NCBI RefSeq assembly: GCF_011745625.1
Contig: NW_027191453.1
Coordinates: 1,116,001-1,180,000, forward strand
Source of the DNA: Cladosporium halotolerans
Lineage: Eukaryota
Reading direction: 5' to 3'
Length of the DNA: 64,000 nucleotides
Shown here: positions 19,790-32,467 of the stretch, piece by piece
How positions within the stretch are numbered: position 1 is the first letter of the stretch
Layout of the letters: each line of letters starts with the position of its first letter
Made by a program: the position numbers and the translations under genes
Notes under the pieces: model-generated
Seen by the model: the letters and a program-made list of their open reading frames with translations, nothing else
Databases searched by the model: none
Told to the model about the DNA's origin: nothing

Positions 19790-21085
19790 ATGCTCCTCTC
19801 ACCCTTGCTCCTCTGGGCCACCACGGCCTCCGCCTCCATATCCCTCCTCCCAAACACCGACGCCACCTTCCCCTCCTCCCCCCAACCCTTCACCATCTCC
19901 GTCTCCCCAGCCTTCATCAACGAAACTCTCTCACGAGTCGCCAACTCCCGCCCCCCAATCCCCATAACCGGCCTCTCACCCCCTAACTCCGACGGCCCAA
20001 CCCTAGCAAAGTACGCCGCGCTCCGCAAATACTGGCTAAACGAGTACTCCTGGCCCGCGACCGAAGAAGCCATAAACCGCGTCCTGCACCAATTCACAAC
20101 AACCGTCCACTCCCCCGACTCATCCTACCCGCACCCCGTCCCCCTGCACTTCGTGCACCACCGCTCCCCGCGCGCAGACGCCATTCCCCTCCTCTTCATC
20201 CACGGCTGGCCGGGCTCCTTCCTCGAAGTCTCCAAAATCATCACCCTCCTGACAAACCCGCCCAACGCCTCCGTGCCCGCTTTCCACGTCGTCGCGCCCT
20301 CGATCCCAGGCTACGGTTTCTCGCCCGCGCCGGTGCACGCAGGCTACGGCCCGCTCGAAGCAGGCCGCAGCTTCCACGCGCTGATGCTGCAGCTCGGCTA
20401 CGGGAAGTACGTGGTCCAAGGCGGCGACATCGGCGGGTTTATTCTGCGGCACCAGGCGGCGGCGTACCCGGCGAGCGTGGTGAGCGCGCTGTCGAATTTC
20501 TGGCTCGTGAGGCCGAACGCGACTGATCTGGCGGGGTGGGCTGCGGGCGAGACGAGTGAGGGGGAGGCGGCGTATATGCAGGGGTTGGAGAGGTATATCG
20601 TCGAGCGCTCGGGGTACCGGTTCGTTCAGCAGACGGTGCCGCTGGCGCTGGCGTATCTGGCGAATGATTCGCCGCTGGGTTTTGCGCTTTGGGTGTGGAA
20701 TTTGATGAGTGAGATTGTGGACCCGAGGCACGGGGGGTTTGGGTTGGGGGAGGTTGTGACGTGGTCGTTGATGTATAGTATTCAGGGGCCGTATGGCGGG
20801 TTTAGGATGTATAAGGAGATGGTGGCGGAGGGGGATTTTGCGGATGTTGGAATTGGGAGGCCGCCGTTTGTGGTGCAGCCGGTGGGCGTGACACAGCGGC
20901 CGTATGATTTGGGGTTTGGGATGCCGGTAGAGTGGGCGCGGAGGGATGGGAATGTAAAGGCGGTGTATGTGCATGAGGTTGGTGGGCATTTTGCGGCGTA
21001 TAAGGATACGGAGTCGTTGGCGGATGACGTTTATCGGTGGTTTGGAGATAGGGAGTTGTCTGGGACTGCGGTGTTCCATCAGTAG
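19790..21085 (+). CDS. Microsomal-type (EHN) alpha/beta epoxide hydrolase with an N-terminal signal peptide, intronless
   Basis: YWLNEYSWPATEEAIN (EHN region), LHFVH, PLLFIHGWPGSFLE, VVAPSIPGYGFS, nucleophile QGGDIG and C-terminal GGHFAA. The N-terminus MLLSPLLLWATTASA looks like a signal peptide. Confidence 0.9.
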   Translation: MLLSPLLLWATTASASISLLPNTDATFPSSPQPFTISVSPAFINETLSRVANSRPPIPITGLSPPNSDGPTLAKYAALRKYWLNEYSWPATEEAINRVLHQFTTTVHSPDSSYPHPVPLHFVHHRSPRADAIPLLFIHGWPGSFLEVSKIITLLTNPPNASVPAFHVVAPSIPGYGFSPAPVHAGYGPLEAGRSFHALMLQLGYGKYVVQGGDIGGFILRHQAAAYPASVVSALSNFWLVRPNATDLAGWAAGETSEGEAAYMQGLERYIVERSGYRFVQQTVPLALAYLANDSPLGFALWVWNLMSEIVDPRHGGFGLGEVVTWSLMYSIQGPYGGFRMYKEMVAEGDFADVGIGRPPFVVQPVGVTQRPYDLGFGMPVEWARRDGNVKAVYVHEVGGHFAAYKDTESLADDVYRWFGDRELSGTAVFHQ

Positions 21086-22528
21086 TTTGGAAAATTGGAG
21101 ACCTTGAGGGTATTGATAGACTGTCCCTGGAAGCATGGAAGCCTTGCAGAGCCTGTACCATGACGTCCGCGAAGGGTGAACGCCTTGTCAGGCTGTCAGG
21201 TCTCTTCACCTGGGGGCTTGCTTCTGTCTAGGAACGGGCTTGCATCTATGTTCATAGCCTCTCTGTGAACGACGTGGATTATCACGCGGTCTTGAGCTGA
21301 TAACCTACGATGCTTTTTGGAAATATTTTAAGCGGTTGGCTGGAAACCCTTGAACTTTCCATATTGATCGTGCGGGTGCCAGTTGGAGTACAGCTGCCTG
21401 GAAAACCTACCACGACAAGAATTCCCGACCTCTCGGGAGTTAAGGGCTGATCGTGGGCTAATTACTGTGCTTTGAGCTGTAGCTTCTCCGGACGAGATAT
21501 GCTAATCAAGCCAGTGGAAAGGTAAGGATGTGGCGTCTTCCCGCATAAAATCACCTGAGCTTCGATTAAAGAGGTTGTCGCAGAATATCTGGCTTGGAGA
21601 AGCGGCGTTTTCGTGCCCGTCGAGCTCATAAGGTCTGGCATACGATTAATGAAACGCGTGAAGCCAATGAGATGGTCTTCGTTTCTACGACTTGATGCTG
21701 ACGCGTTGGTCAAATGCATAGATTTGTGTGGCGAAGGGTGTGGTGCAGAACTCGCGATCTAGCGAAGCTGATCTACATTCAGCGCGATCGAGGTAGGTAC
21801 GTTCGCCAATCGCCTATTTTGACTTAACGGAATTGCAGATTTCTGGGCGTTGGGCAAGCAAACAGAGAAAGGGAAGCTAAGAATAATGAAACGATCAGCA
21901 TGCGACGACGTCTGTACTCTCCCGCCAGTAAGGCTGCGCTTTCAAAGCATGCTCGCAGATCACAGACAGAATCTCGCCTACCGACGTGCATCAGGCGACG
22001 GCGGGGATGACAGTAGTCTAGCGTGCAGGAGCGAGATCCTGGGAAGCGGTGGGCCGAGGCAGGTGGGTGAAATGCAAGGTTGGGGGTCCTCGAAGGTGAA
22101 AAGTCTCTCGGAGCTGGTTGGTGGGCATGTCCAATTCGGTGGCAAGGCCAGCCTTCCAATGATCTGAGGCACTCCGGCCAGTATGGTCAGATCTTGCTGA
22201 TCGCGAAGTGCTGATCGCGAAGCTTTTCGTTGCTTTTCTTTCAGTTTTGCTTGCGTGTGGCCCTGCCGTTAGAGCGGTCCGCTTCGGAGCGATGCAACAG
22301 CGGATTGATTTGTGAAAAATCTTCATGCAGACATTATGTCACTCACAAGTCCCCAGTGGTCGTGTGCCACTGATCCGGAAATTGCCAGTAATGGAAGTCG
22401 GCCGTTGTAAAAGGATCGCATGCGGCCGCAGCAGGAACACCAGAGTCGAGCGATGGAACCTACCGCAGAGAACGGACATGAGTGGGGCCCCAAGCTTCTA
22501 GAGTTTGCTTCCCTGAAAGCCAGACAAA

Positions 22529-23170
22529 CACGTGCTCCACCACGCCCAGGCCCACGGGGTTTTACGGGTCTGGTTGGAGATCTCGGGTAGACACAACGAG
22601 TCCAGATCTTCTCGAGCGTTGAGAGGGAAGGGTCTACCGTTTCTCATACACAGAGACGTGTGAGGCCACGTGGGTCTTTGGCCCTGAGGATGTCTTGGAA
22701 GGGCTCAAGCCTGCCCAGTGGTGTTGGCAAAGTCATGGCGCGCTGGTTGGCAATTGCTTATGCAGCAACGCGCAGGGCGTTCTCGGTAGGTGCTCGCGTG
22801 AGACGACAGGCCCCAACCGCACTGACAGCTTTATCACCCTTGCAGGATCGTATCTCACTCCCTGTGTTGCAGCGCATGAGTATTCCACACCATTTCCCAG
22901 GACGGGGCTGTCGTCGACTGGCGGGAACGGGGTGACATTCGCATTCGGCGACTTTCCTATTTGGATCGCGCGTATGGTGCGCCACTGCGCATTATTGCAG
23001 GCAGGGTCTGGCCCCAAGGGGAGGTGTATAGGCGGACGGCGTGGGCGAGGGCGAGGTGAAGTCGCACACGGCTGCAAACACGTGGGACGTCCACACGCTT
23101 GATGATTGGCCTTCTCCGTCGTGCATGAAAGGCAAAAGAAAATTGATATGCGCTGCCAAGGACTGCCAAG
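22529..23170 (+). promoter_or_regulatory. PHO89 upstream element cluster: three CACGTG (Pho4/NUC-1/PalcA type) and two tandem GCCAAG (PacC type)
   Basis: CACGTG at 22529, 22667 and 23079; GCCAAG at 23155 and 23165; TATAAT at 23535. Confidence 0.7.
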
Positions 23171-23639
23171 TCGCCGGGGCGCCTTCGCAACATTGGCAAC
23201 GCAGTCCAAGACGACTAGCGACGAGCTTGTGCCGTCTTCTCGCCAGACAAGCGTCGCTCGACGTCTGCAAGCCGAAGCCTCTGCAATCGAGACCGAAAGT
23301 TAGACGACACGGAGCGCTGATGGCAGACCTCACTTCCCGCCAGCACGCCCTCTACGCGCCAATCAGCGACCGTGGATCGAGGGCGTGTCGTCCATCCGTC
23401 CATCATCCTCACTTCACGCGTGTTCAGCTGGCTTTGGTATGCCCGCAGGTAGGTGCGCAGGTAGGTGAAGCGCAGGCGAGAAGCAAAGCAGGCAAACCAC
23501 TCATTCGGCGCCACTGATCCTCGCATGCAACACATATAATCCCTCGTGTAGCCCGAGTCTCGCAACCTCCTGCTTCGGGCCATCACCGAGATCTCTCACA
23601 TCCTCCCTCACTCCCAAGTGACCACCGGTCGTCGCCAAC

Positions 23640-25510
23640 ATGCCGCAGCTCGACCAGTACACCTATGTCTTCGCCATCGGCACCTTCTTCGCCATGTTGG
23701 ATGCCTACAACAACGGCGCCAACGATGTCGCGAACTCTTGGGCCACCAGCGTTTCCTCCAGGTCCGTCTCCTACAGGCAGGCTATGGTATTCGGTACTAT
23801 CTTCGAGCTCCTGGGTGCGATTACAGTGGGTGCCCGCACAGCGGATACTATCAAGAACGGCATCATCCCTAACGCTGCATTCAACGGCAACGCGGGCGTT
23901 CAGATGCTCGCCTTCACCTGCGCCCTCGCAGCGGCATCCTCGTGGGTCATGTGGTGTACTCGTCACTCTGCCCACGTCTCTTCCACCTACTCCCTCATCT
24001 CGGCCGTTGCTGGTGTTGGCGTTGCCGTTGCCGGTGCTGATAAGGTCCAGTGGGGCTGGAACAACGGAAAAGGTCTGGGAGCTATCTTCGCAGGCCTGGG
24101 TATGGCTCCTGCCATCTCTGCCGGCTTCGGTGCTACCATCTTCATGCTCATCAAGTTGGTCGTCCACATGCGCAAGAACCCTGTCCCGTGGGCAGTCTGG
24201 ACCTCTCCGTTCTTCTTCCTGATCGCGGGCACGATTTGCACGCTCTCGATCGTATACAAGGGCTCACCCAACCTTGGTCTTGGCAAGAAGCCTTCCTGGT
24301 ACATCGCCGCCGTCACTATGGGTACTGGTGGAGGCGTCTGCCTTCTGGCCGCTCTGTTCTTCGTACCATTCGTTCACGCCCGTATCATCAAGCGTGATGC
24401 TTCCGTCAAGTGGTGGATGTTCATCCAGGGCCCCCTGCTCTTCCGCCGCCCCGCCCCTGAGCACAACGAGCAGGCTGTCGTTCCCAATTACGCCGTGGTC
24501 CAGCACGACGACGAGACCCTCGTTGAGACCACCGGATCCGAGACCGACGTCCCCATCAGCAAGCAAGTGGTCGAGAACGAGAAGGCCTTCGACGAGGTCG
24601 AGCGCGAGATCTCTGGCAAGACCCTGACCTACAAGGAGCTCAACGAGCTCTCCGAGAAGCGCCTGAACGAGAAGCTCATGAAGGGCAAGGGCCCGCTCGC
24701 CTGGGCCCTGCGCACCCTCCGTGACAACCCCCTCGGCGCCGGCCAGGTCTACGAACTCCACAACATGAAGATCATCCTCAAGCGCATCCCCGCCTACATC
24801 GTCTGCGGCGCCCTCTACGGCCTGCACTACGACATCCACGCCGCCCAAACTGGCACCGCGGGTACTCCCGAGGGCACCCGCATGAAGCGCGTCTACGCGC
24901 ACGCCGAGAAGTACTCCAACGAGGTCGAGCACTCCTACTCTTTCGTGCAGGTCCTGACCGCTTGCACGGCCTCTTTCGCGCACGGCGCCAACGACATCGG
25001 CAACTCCGTCGGCCCCTGGGCCGTCATCTACTCCGCCTGGAGCACCGGCAACGCCGCCGCGGCCAAGGCCCCCGTGCCCGTCTGGCAGCTCGCCGTCCTC
25101 GCCCTGACCATCTCTCTCGGCCTCGTCACCTACGGCTACAACATTATGAAGGGTAGGGCCGCACCTCACATCCCCATTTTACCACTGAGAAACCCCAATT
25201 TACTAACATATCGACTTCCACAGTCATGGGCAACAAAATCACCTACCACTCCCCCTCGCGCGGCTGCAGCATGGAGATGGGCGCCGCCATCACGGTGTTG
25301 GTTTTCAGCCAGTTCTCCCTCCCCGTCTCGACGTCTATGTGCATCACCGGTGCTACTGTGGGCGTTGGGCTTTGCAACGGTACTTACAAGGCGGTCAACT
25401 GGCAGCGGATTGGCTTGCTGCTGACGGCGTGGATCATGACGATCCCGATTGCGGGCACGATTGGTGGTGTGCTTATGGGGTTGTTTTTGAATGCGCCGCA
25501 CTTTTCTTAA
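23640..25510 (+). CDS. PHO89: Na+/phosphate symporter, PiT family; exons 23640-25152, 25224-25510
   Basis: Both PiT signatures are present (GANDVANSWATSVSS; HGANDIGNSVGP), plus PVSTSMCITGATVGVG. Intron 25153-25223 (GTAGGG...ACTAAC...CAG) restores IMKVMGNK. Confidence 0.96.
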
Positions 25511-27107
25511 GTGGAGAGTTCCTAATAGGGGTTGTACAAAAGTTCGAGGTCTGCCTTTTGAGGGGATAAGGATGCATGGACGATTATAATGTTGGGCGAC
25601 GATCGAGAGTGGTTTTCTTTTCTTACTGTATACCCACACTTTACACTTACACGACTGGTCGTTGCTACTACTACTGTTGAAAATCAATACGTTAATTTGC
25701 ATCAGATACATGAATCATCTCAGAATCTCATTCTCGCCTCTGTGTCCCTCCGCTCCTCTCAACGACCATGACGTGGCAGCTTCTCTACCTCTCTGTAGTC
25801 TGCATCGTGTGTGGATACTCTGCAGACGATGATAGCACCTCAAATCCATATGTGCCTGCGGAGAAGCCCTTGAAGCACCTAATCAGGATAGCATTGCGGA
25901 TCCATCGGTGAAGTTGCCGAGCTTCACTGTTCCCTGGGCTCTCCAGAGAGGTGCCTCTGTCAGAGAAGCTATTCCAACGGATTTGCAGATAGATGGTATA
26001 CGACGATGATCCAACAGCTCGCGACGAAGATGCGAATGAATTATAACGATATCTGTTTGAGGTCTCTTCCCGGCCATGGTGGAGAGTGAGGTTTTCCATT
26101 GTCTTTGCTGATTGTACTACACGGCCGGCGGCCGTTGTCCCTGTACTACAGATGCAGACGATCATTCCCATCTTCTCAATTGTCTAGGGAGTAACTAAGC
26201 TGCTTCTCCGTCCGCCGAAATGTGAGCCTTTCGCAATGAATCTCCCTCAATGGATAGTGTAGAGTCGAGGATAGCACTTTACATATTTGACGTGCCTTGA
26301 AGTACGAAGGGGTCTTATAGAACATTGATATAAGTCAAGGGGTCAGTTGTCGATTACCCTGACTGTCAACTAGGATCTCATGCGTGAAGGATGGAATGTT
26401 TGGACATCGGCCTTGTCCCTGAATAAAGAGGTTTGTCCGTGCATTGTGGGCTGGATGTTTGGGATCGATGCTGAGGACGGCGGGGCTACGATGAGAGCAT
26501 TGAGGGAATCTCTCAATATTCGAAGTCAGATTCTGACGTCCAAGCAATTACGGGTGTTGCTGCAAGCTGGTCGAGTGGACACTCGTGTCAAGTTGATCGA
26601 TTCCGACCTTGTAGTATAGAAGCCACAACCGGCTTTGTCTGGTCCGATATCCGACCTGGAGTTTGATTTGAGGTGTTCGTCGGTCTCTCTTTGTGGACAC
26701 TACTGGAGGGACAAAGAATGGACTGGCGCGGACTCGACGTCGATGGCCTCTCCGCTGAGATGGGGGATTTGGAGGGTTGATGCAGGTCGGCGTCACGTGC
26801 TGGATCAGTCGAGACACCGGAGGGCTGTCACATGCCAGTGCCAGAATAACCTCGGGGAGCACCACTTCTCACTTCTTGATCCTCAAAGTTCAGGAGTGAA
26901 AGCTGCTCTTGCGACAAGGTTAGCCAACAAAGAACTCCTGTCGACCCGACAACCACGCGGCTATACCTTTACCAAGGGCTTTCACCACAATGCCTTTGAA
27001 GATGTAAGTGAATACCAGCAAACATTGGTAAAGATACGACTGCGCTTCCTCCGAGGGTCACCAACCACTTCATATGCTCCTGCTCTCCGACTGACGCCAT
27101 CAACACA

Positions 27108-27830
27108 ATGGCTTCCTCACCTGAGATTTCACCGAGCACGCCTCTAAAGATACCAAAAACACGATCAAGCATGCCCCGCCACACGACCCCAAGCGGCGGC
27201 TCTGCCACAACCTCCAACCCGCCGCTCTCGCCCATCAGCGAAAACGCCACCACCACCAGCAGCCCGAGCCCAAGCAGTAACCCCTCGGAAACCTCCAGCT
27301 CCAACCGCTCCGCTTCCAACACCTACAACACCTCCGCACCGCAGTCCTACACCCGCTCCGACCTCAAAGCAATCCTCAACACCATCTCCGCCTTCACCCA
27401 ACACTACGCGGCCATGTACCGCGCCCTCGGCCGCACCTACCACTCCCTCCCATTCTCCTCTCGAACCAGCACTCACATCCTCCCAGCCTTGCAATCCATC
27501 GCCGCCTCAGCGTTCACCGCCCCGCCCTCCCAGCAGCTCCCAGACCTGGTCCTCATTTTCGGCGAGATCGGCTGGCGGCTTAACGACGCGCAGTGGGTTC
27601 TTTGCGCGAGCGGGGCACGCTGGAGCAACGTGGAGAGAGGGTTGTGGAGGTGCGAGGAGTTGGTCGAGGAGGCGGAGTGTCGGCTGTGGTTTTTGCAGGG
27701 GGTTGTGGGGGAGATGTGGGTTGTTAGCGAGCAGGCGGAGGGGGAGGAAACGAGGGGGGAGGGGGAGGAGAGGGAGAGGTTGGAGATGGAGTGGGAGGGA
27801 GTGTTGCCGGGGATGTGTCTTAGATCGTGA
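27108..27830 (+). CDS. Hypothetical protein (S/T/P-rich N-terminus, helical C-terminus)
   Basis: 240-aa ATG ORF with gene-like composition and no recognisable domain. A possible upstream mini-exon (ATG 26990, GTAAGT 27004) could not be resolved. Confidence 0.5.
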   Translation: MASSPEISPSTPLKIPKTRSSMPRHTTPSGGSATTSNPPLSPISENATTTSSPSPSSNPSETSSSNRSASNTYNTSAPQSYTRSDLKAILNTISAFTQHYAAMYRALGRTYHSLPFSSRTSTHILPALQSIAASAFTAPPSQQLPDLVLIFGEIGWRLNDAQWVLCASGARWSNVERGLWRCEELVEEAECRLWFLQGVVGEMWVVSEQAEGEETRGEGEERERLEMEWEGVLPGMCLRS

Positions 27831-28735
27831 GGGAGATTTCGATGGGGATTGTCTCTTGTTCGTGGGCGGCTGTGAGGGATTTGCTGGTGAAAACTGGCGG
27901 GTTGGGCGGGTTTTATGGGATGTTATTGACCGAAGATGGTTCCCAAATGTCCGTGGAGGCCTCTAGGAGGTTATCGCTACTCACGGCTGATCGTTTGAGC
28001 CAATTTGATTAGAGGTGGTTGCGTTTGACCGCAGATAGCAAGTATGAATTCATGCCGTACTTTGAATTATTGAATCTTGATAATTTTCCAAATATCTAGC
28101 TGTTGGGCGGGTTGTGGACTCTGAACTTGGTGGGAAGAAAAGTCGAGGACAAAGAAACCACTAAGGCTTGGTTGGGCATCGGTGGATTGTGCGTTTGGTA
28201 GCGAGATGCTATGACCTGCAGCTGCTGGGAAGAAATGGCAATACTAAAACGGTGATGTCACGGTAGCGAGGGCTGAAGTGAGTATACGGCCAGTAACAAT
28301 TCAGTGCAAGACTGCAAATAATAATTAAAAGTTGGTCCGTTATGTAGGTCACAGTCCAGAAAGAAAGGAGCTGAGACGAGATGAAGTCAGCTGTGAAGAC
28401 CAATCAAAGTTTGCGGACACACCCGCTCACGCTGCGGGACCGGTAATTCATCGAGTCGTGTCTTCACCACCTTCTGAGTCGAGCACACTTCCCTGCTACA
28501 TCTCCCGTATTTCACCGGGAGCCCTAGCGACTGTGAGTTCACACTCAGCTTGATGTTGACCTTCACTCACGAGAGCTCCATCAGCACAAACCAACTGTGA
28601 CCCGACAATTAACGCTTTCAGCAGTGCGATTTGTTCCACCGAGCCGTATCGGGACACCTTCTGAAGGAATCGTAACCTCGAGGAGTCAAAGAGTTGGATA
28701 GTGCGAAACATACTTATCCTGGAGGGGGAGCAGAG

Positions 28736-30809
28736 ATGGCGACAGCTACGGGTACGTTGGCCTTGAGAGATGCAGAGCGCGAGCTTGGATGCATACCGGT
28801 CTCGGCCACCTCGGTGGCCATACTTGCAAGGAGTCATCCTCGGCATCAGGGCTTCCACTGACACTTGTCTTGCGCTGCAACAGAAGGCTATGCCTACTCT
28901 CGCTCTTCGTCCTTTTCCGCTGCCCGGTCACCCGACACGGCGTCGCCAATCTTTCCAGAGCGTGCGATTCGCCCTCTGCCTAATCGACGCCTGAAGTCTC
29001 GACTCTCTCCTGAGCAACAGAGCTCGATAATCTACCCACCCGACCCACCGCCCATGAGCCCGACTTTGAACTTCCATGTGCAGGAAAATGGAGCAAGGGG
29101 CGGGACGACTAATGGAGGATTGGAACACGAGTACGAGCACGACCATGACCATGACCACGATCACGACCACCATCATCACCACCATCACCACGATGCGATA
29201 CCGGTACACGACCACTGCATGTGCAAGCACGATGAGGGCGACAGCGGCGACGAAGAGGTGGAGTTTGACCATCCCGACTACCGCTACGCTACAACAGGGC
29301 CTCTGGCTGTGAATGGGAAGGCGCCACTTGACTCGGTACAGCGGCGTTTGATGGAGGCTTCGCGAGGCGGGAAGCAGGTTGGACCAGGGTCAGTGGCATC
29401 GAGTGCGGACGGATACGAGAGTTTCGAGAACACAAGCAACAAGAAGAAACGGAAGATACCGCTCTCCAGCGCCTCTTCTATGCATCAGAGCAGTCTGAGC
29501 GCGGAGATGGCCAGCATGGGGATCAACAATTTTGATGGCACTCCGGACGAATATCCTCATGCGCAAAGACCGCACCACGCCGGCCCTGGCTCTTCTCCCT
29601 CGGGTACCGGCATAAGTGGCGCTGGCCGAGGCAGGTACGGTCGCCAGACAATTAGGGACGTCCGACGACCGCTTGCAAATGGTACGATGAACACGATCAA
29701 CGGCTACGGACCGAAGGCGCCTGCGCGCTCTGTCAGCGGCAGTGAAGTCAGGAGCGTGGGTGAGTCAAGTCAAGCGGCTTTTCCGAACTTCGAGAAAGCC
29801 GGCGCATTCCATCACAATTTAGGCAAGGCACTGACAACAGCTTGTTTCATTCACAGACATCTCGTCCGAAAACACCGGTGGCATCATATCGCAAGCGATC
29901 AAGACCGCAGCAGAGCAAGGACCGCTCACCCCGCAGAAGGGCAAAGAGAACGTCAGTCTTCTGCAACAATCTGCCTCTCACTCCGTCACTCCCAAGACTC
30001 AATTCACCTTCACTTGCGAATCGGACAGTGCCAGCAAGATGGTTGATCAGCAACAGGCAATGGCGGACGCCGCATACCGCGCAGGTTACGGAACACCAAC
30101 TCCGGGTCATCACCGCGGAGCCAGTGGACAAGGCATGACTCCCGGTAGTCGCATGCATGCCCAGGGCACGCAGACAACACCTTCGCGCAACGGTACCGCA
30201 CCGCGCGCGCCAGTTCAACCCAACACAGTCCCCGCAGCACAACCGCCTCCTCCAAACCAGCAACAGCCAGCTCCTGCGCCCAAGCCCAAGCCGCGTCGTC
30301 GCCCTAGTAAGGAATACGCTCTCGCGGCGCGCCAGCGCAAGCTTCAGCAAGAATACACAAACTACCACCACCGCCCGACCGGCGATAACCTGTGGATCTG
30401 CGAGTTCTGCGAATACGAAGACATCTTCGGCGTGCCTCCTTACGCTTTGATTCGCTCATACGAGATCAAGGATCGCCAGGAACGCAAGAAGGCCGCCGAA
30501 AAGCGCAGACTGCTCGAAAAGGCCAAGATGAAGAACCGCAAGGGCAAGAAGGGCGGCAAGGGTGGCAAGAACAACAACTCCGCAGCTGCACCCCCTGCTC
30601 CCGCCGGAGGCCCTGGCGCGTACGATCCGAACCTCCCTCCGCCGGAAGGGGATGACTACTACGATGACGACGAGTACGGAGACGAGTACGAACCCGTGGG
30701 CCCGGACGATCAATATCCAGCCGACTACTATCCACCGCCGCCAGCTCCAGCTAGTACGCCAGCTGTACGTCCGCCGGCGACAGGCGGTGGCGGTGAAGCG
30801 GTAGGATAG
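28736..30809 (+). CDS. Fungal protein with a His-rich tract and C-terminal CxFCEY..IFG.PP motif (Ibd2-like, tentative); exons 28736-28751, 28884-29759, 29857-30809
   Basis: Two GT-AG introns with ACTGAC branch points join ORFs 28865 and 30039 in frame: MATATEGYAYS...SPIFPERAIRPLP...GGIISQAIKTAA...WICEFCEYEDIFGVPPYALIRSYEIKD. Confidence 0.8.
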
Positions 30810-31791
30810 TAGAGCGTGGCACCTCGCGGTGCCGGTTCTGCGAGCCTCCAAAAAACCACGCGGTGACTCTCCTTACTCGTCTATCTGAGCGTTCTTGGCT
30901 TTACTTGCGATGCTGCTACTGCGGTTTGGATTTTCTGTTGGCGTTGGCAGAGGGATGGAGTTCTGCGGCGCCTGCGGTCTGCTTTAGGCATTTGCTTATG
31001 TTGATTGTTTTGGTTACTTGCTTTTCGCGCGCATCCTGTGCATACGGAGCTACCCTTTTTGTGTCGCATTTCACTGGCGCGCTATTACCCCCCGTTTGGT
31101 TTGGCTTTGGTGTGCTTTTGTTCGTTTAGAAGCATGCTTTACTCCCCCCTCTCAGCTCTTTTGCATCACGAAAATCATACTCTGGACGGATGGGGATTGG
31201 GACGGTTTGGTTACGATGGAGGGTTGAAGCTCCGGCTTTCACGCAGGGATGCAGTGTTGGGTACCAGTGAAGGTGGAAGTGGAGAGATGAGAGATGCTCG
31301 TTGTATCAGTGGATGGAGAGTTGTCAGATATCCGATGAATGAAAGGCAGTCTCGCCTGTGAAAATCACTTGAAGTGAATCGTCACACGTGATGTGCCTCC
31401 CAAGTACTTATTGACAGGAAGTGATTTGAGATGTGAGAGCGTGAGGTCAACAACTCGGTGGGCTGATGAGGATCGGAGCAGCGGAATCAGGTGCGCTCAT
31501 GAAACGTGTGGTCGCCGATTGGGTGGTGTTGTCCCAAGCCCATGAATCCTGGCATTCGGCCTCGGCCGGCAGTGGTCGAGAGCCCAGATCCCTGGCTTTG
31601 ACGACATGCGGGGTCGATCCATAAATGACACCCTGATGAGGGGCAATCAGAACTAAGGGCATCTAATGATTTACCTAGGTAAAAAAACTTCCCAGTCCCC
31701 GTTTCCAGTCTTCTCTCAACACCTGTCCACTTCCCGACAACGTTTCTAGAATTACCCAAACCATACCGTCTTCTCGTCCACAGCAGCAACA

Positions 31792-32440
31792 ATGGCAGTC
31801 CAATCCTTCCGCCAAATCGTCGGCGCCGGCCCCTCCACCGCTTCGCCCTCCAACAGCACCCTAGTCATCATCGACGCGCAGAACGAGTACGCAGAGGGCA
31901 AGCTGAAGGTCTCCAACGCGCCCTCGTCCCGCAAGGCTATCGCCGCGCTGCTCAAGAAGTACCGCGACGCCGGCGGCAAGATCGTGCACATCGTCCACAA
32001 GACTCCCAACGGCGCACCTGTTTTTACACCCGACACCAAGCTCGCGGAAGAGTATGAGGAGCTCAAGCCCAAGGACGGCGAGAAGGTGATTGGCAAGATC
32101 CACCCGAGTGCGTTTGCGGACACGGAGCTGCAGCAGTATTTGGGCGGGCAGGCGGGTGCGAAGCTTGTGTTGACTGGATACATGGTGAGTTTTTCTTGAG
32201 AATCCACCGTTGAATAGGCGCATGGGCCTGGAGCTGACTTTCTCCTTTTCAAAGGCACACGTCTGCGTCTCGACGACCGCCCGCGACGCCGCGCGCCTGG
32301 GCTACGACGTGCTCGTCGCGGAGGACTGTGTCGGCGACCGCGACATCCCCGGCGTCTCTGGCGACGACCTGACCAAGATCGTCATGCACGAGCTCGCCGA
32401 TGCGTTCGCGACTGTCGTCCAGAGCAGCGATATTAAGTAG
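31792..32440 (+). CDS. Isochorismatase-like cysteine hydrolase; exons 31792-32184, 32255-32440
   Basis: Catalytic D-K-C triad in [16 protein letters not shown] and [13 protein letters not shown]. Intron GTGAGT...GCTGAC...AAG. Confidence 0.92.
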
Positions 32441-32467
32441 ATCTTTTAAATGATATCCCTTGGTAGC

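Noticed and set aside
21100..22400. Short ORFs between the epoxide hydrolase and PHO89
   Set aside because: No recognisable motifs or consistent splice model; treated as intergenic.
2024..25169. Long antisense ORFs (2024-3130, 7310-8638, 12677-13762, 20120-21136, 24264-25169)
   Set aside because: Shadows of real genes with high GC3 codon bias; no domain-like sequence.
25750..26950. Possible decayed gene downstream of PHO89
   Set aside because: Only fragmentary ORFs on both strands with no identifiable family; would need tBLASTx.
31463..31640. Two CTGATGAG plus GAAAC resembling a hammerhead ribozyme or C/D snoRNA
   Set aside because: Stem II cannot form between CUGAUGA and GAAA (ATGAG pairs with CTCAT instead), and there is no convincing terminal stem or guide for a snoRNA.
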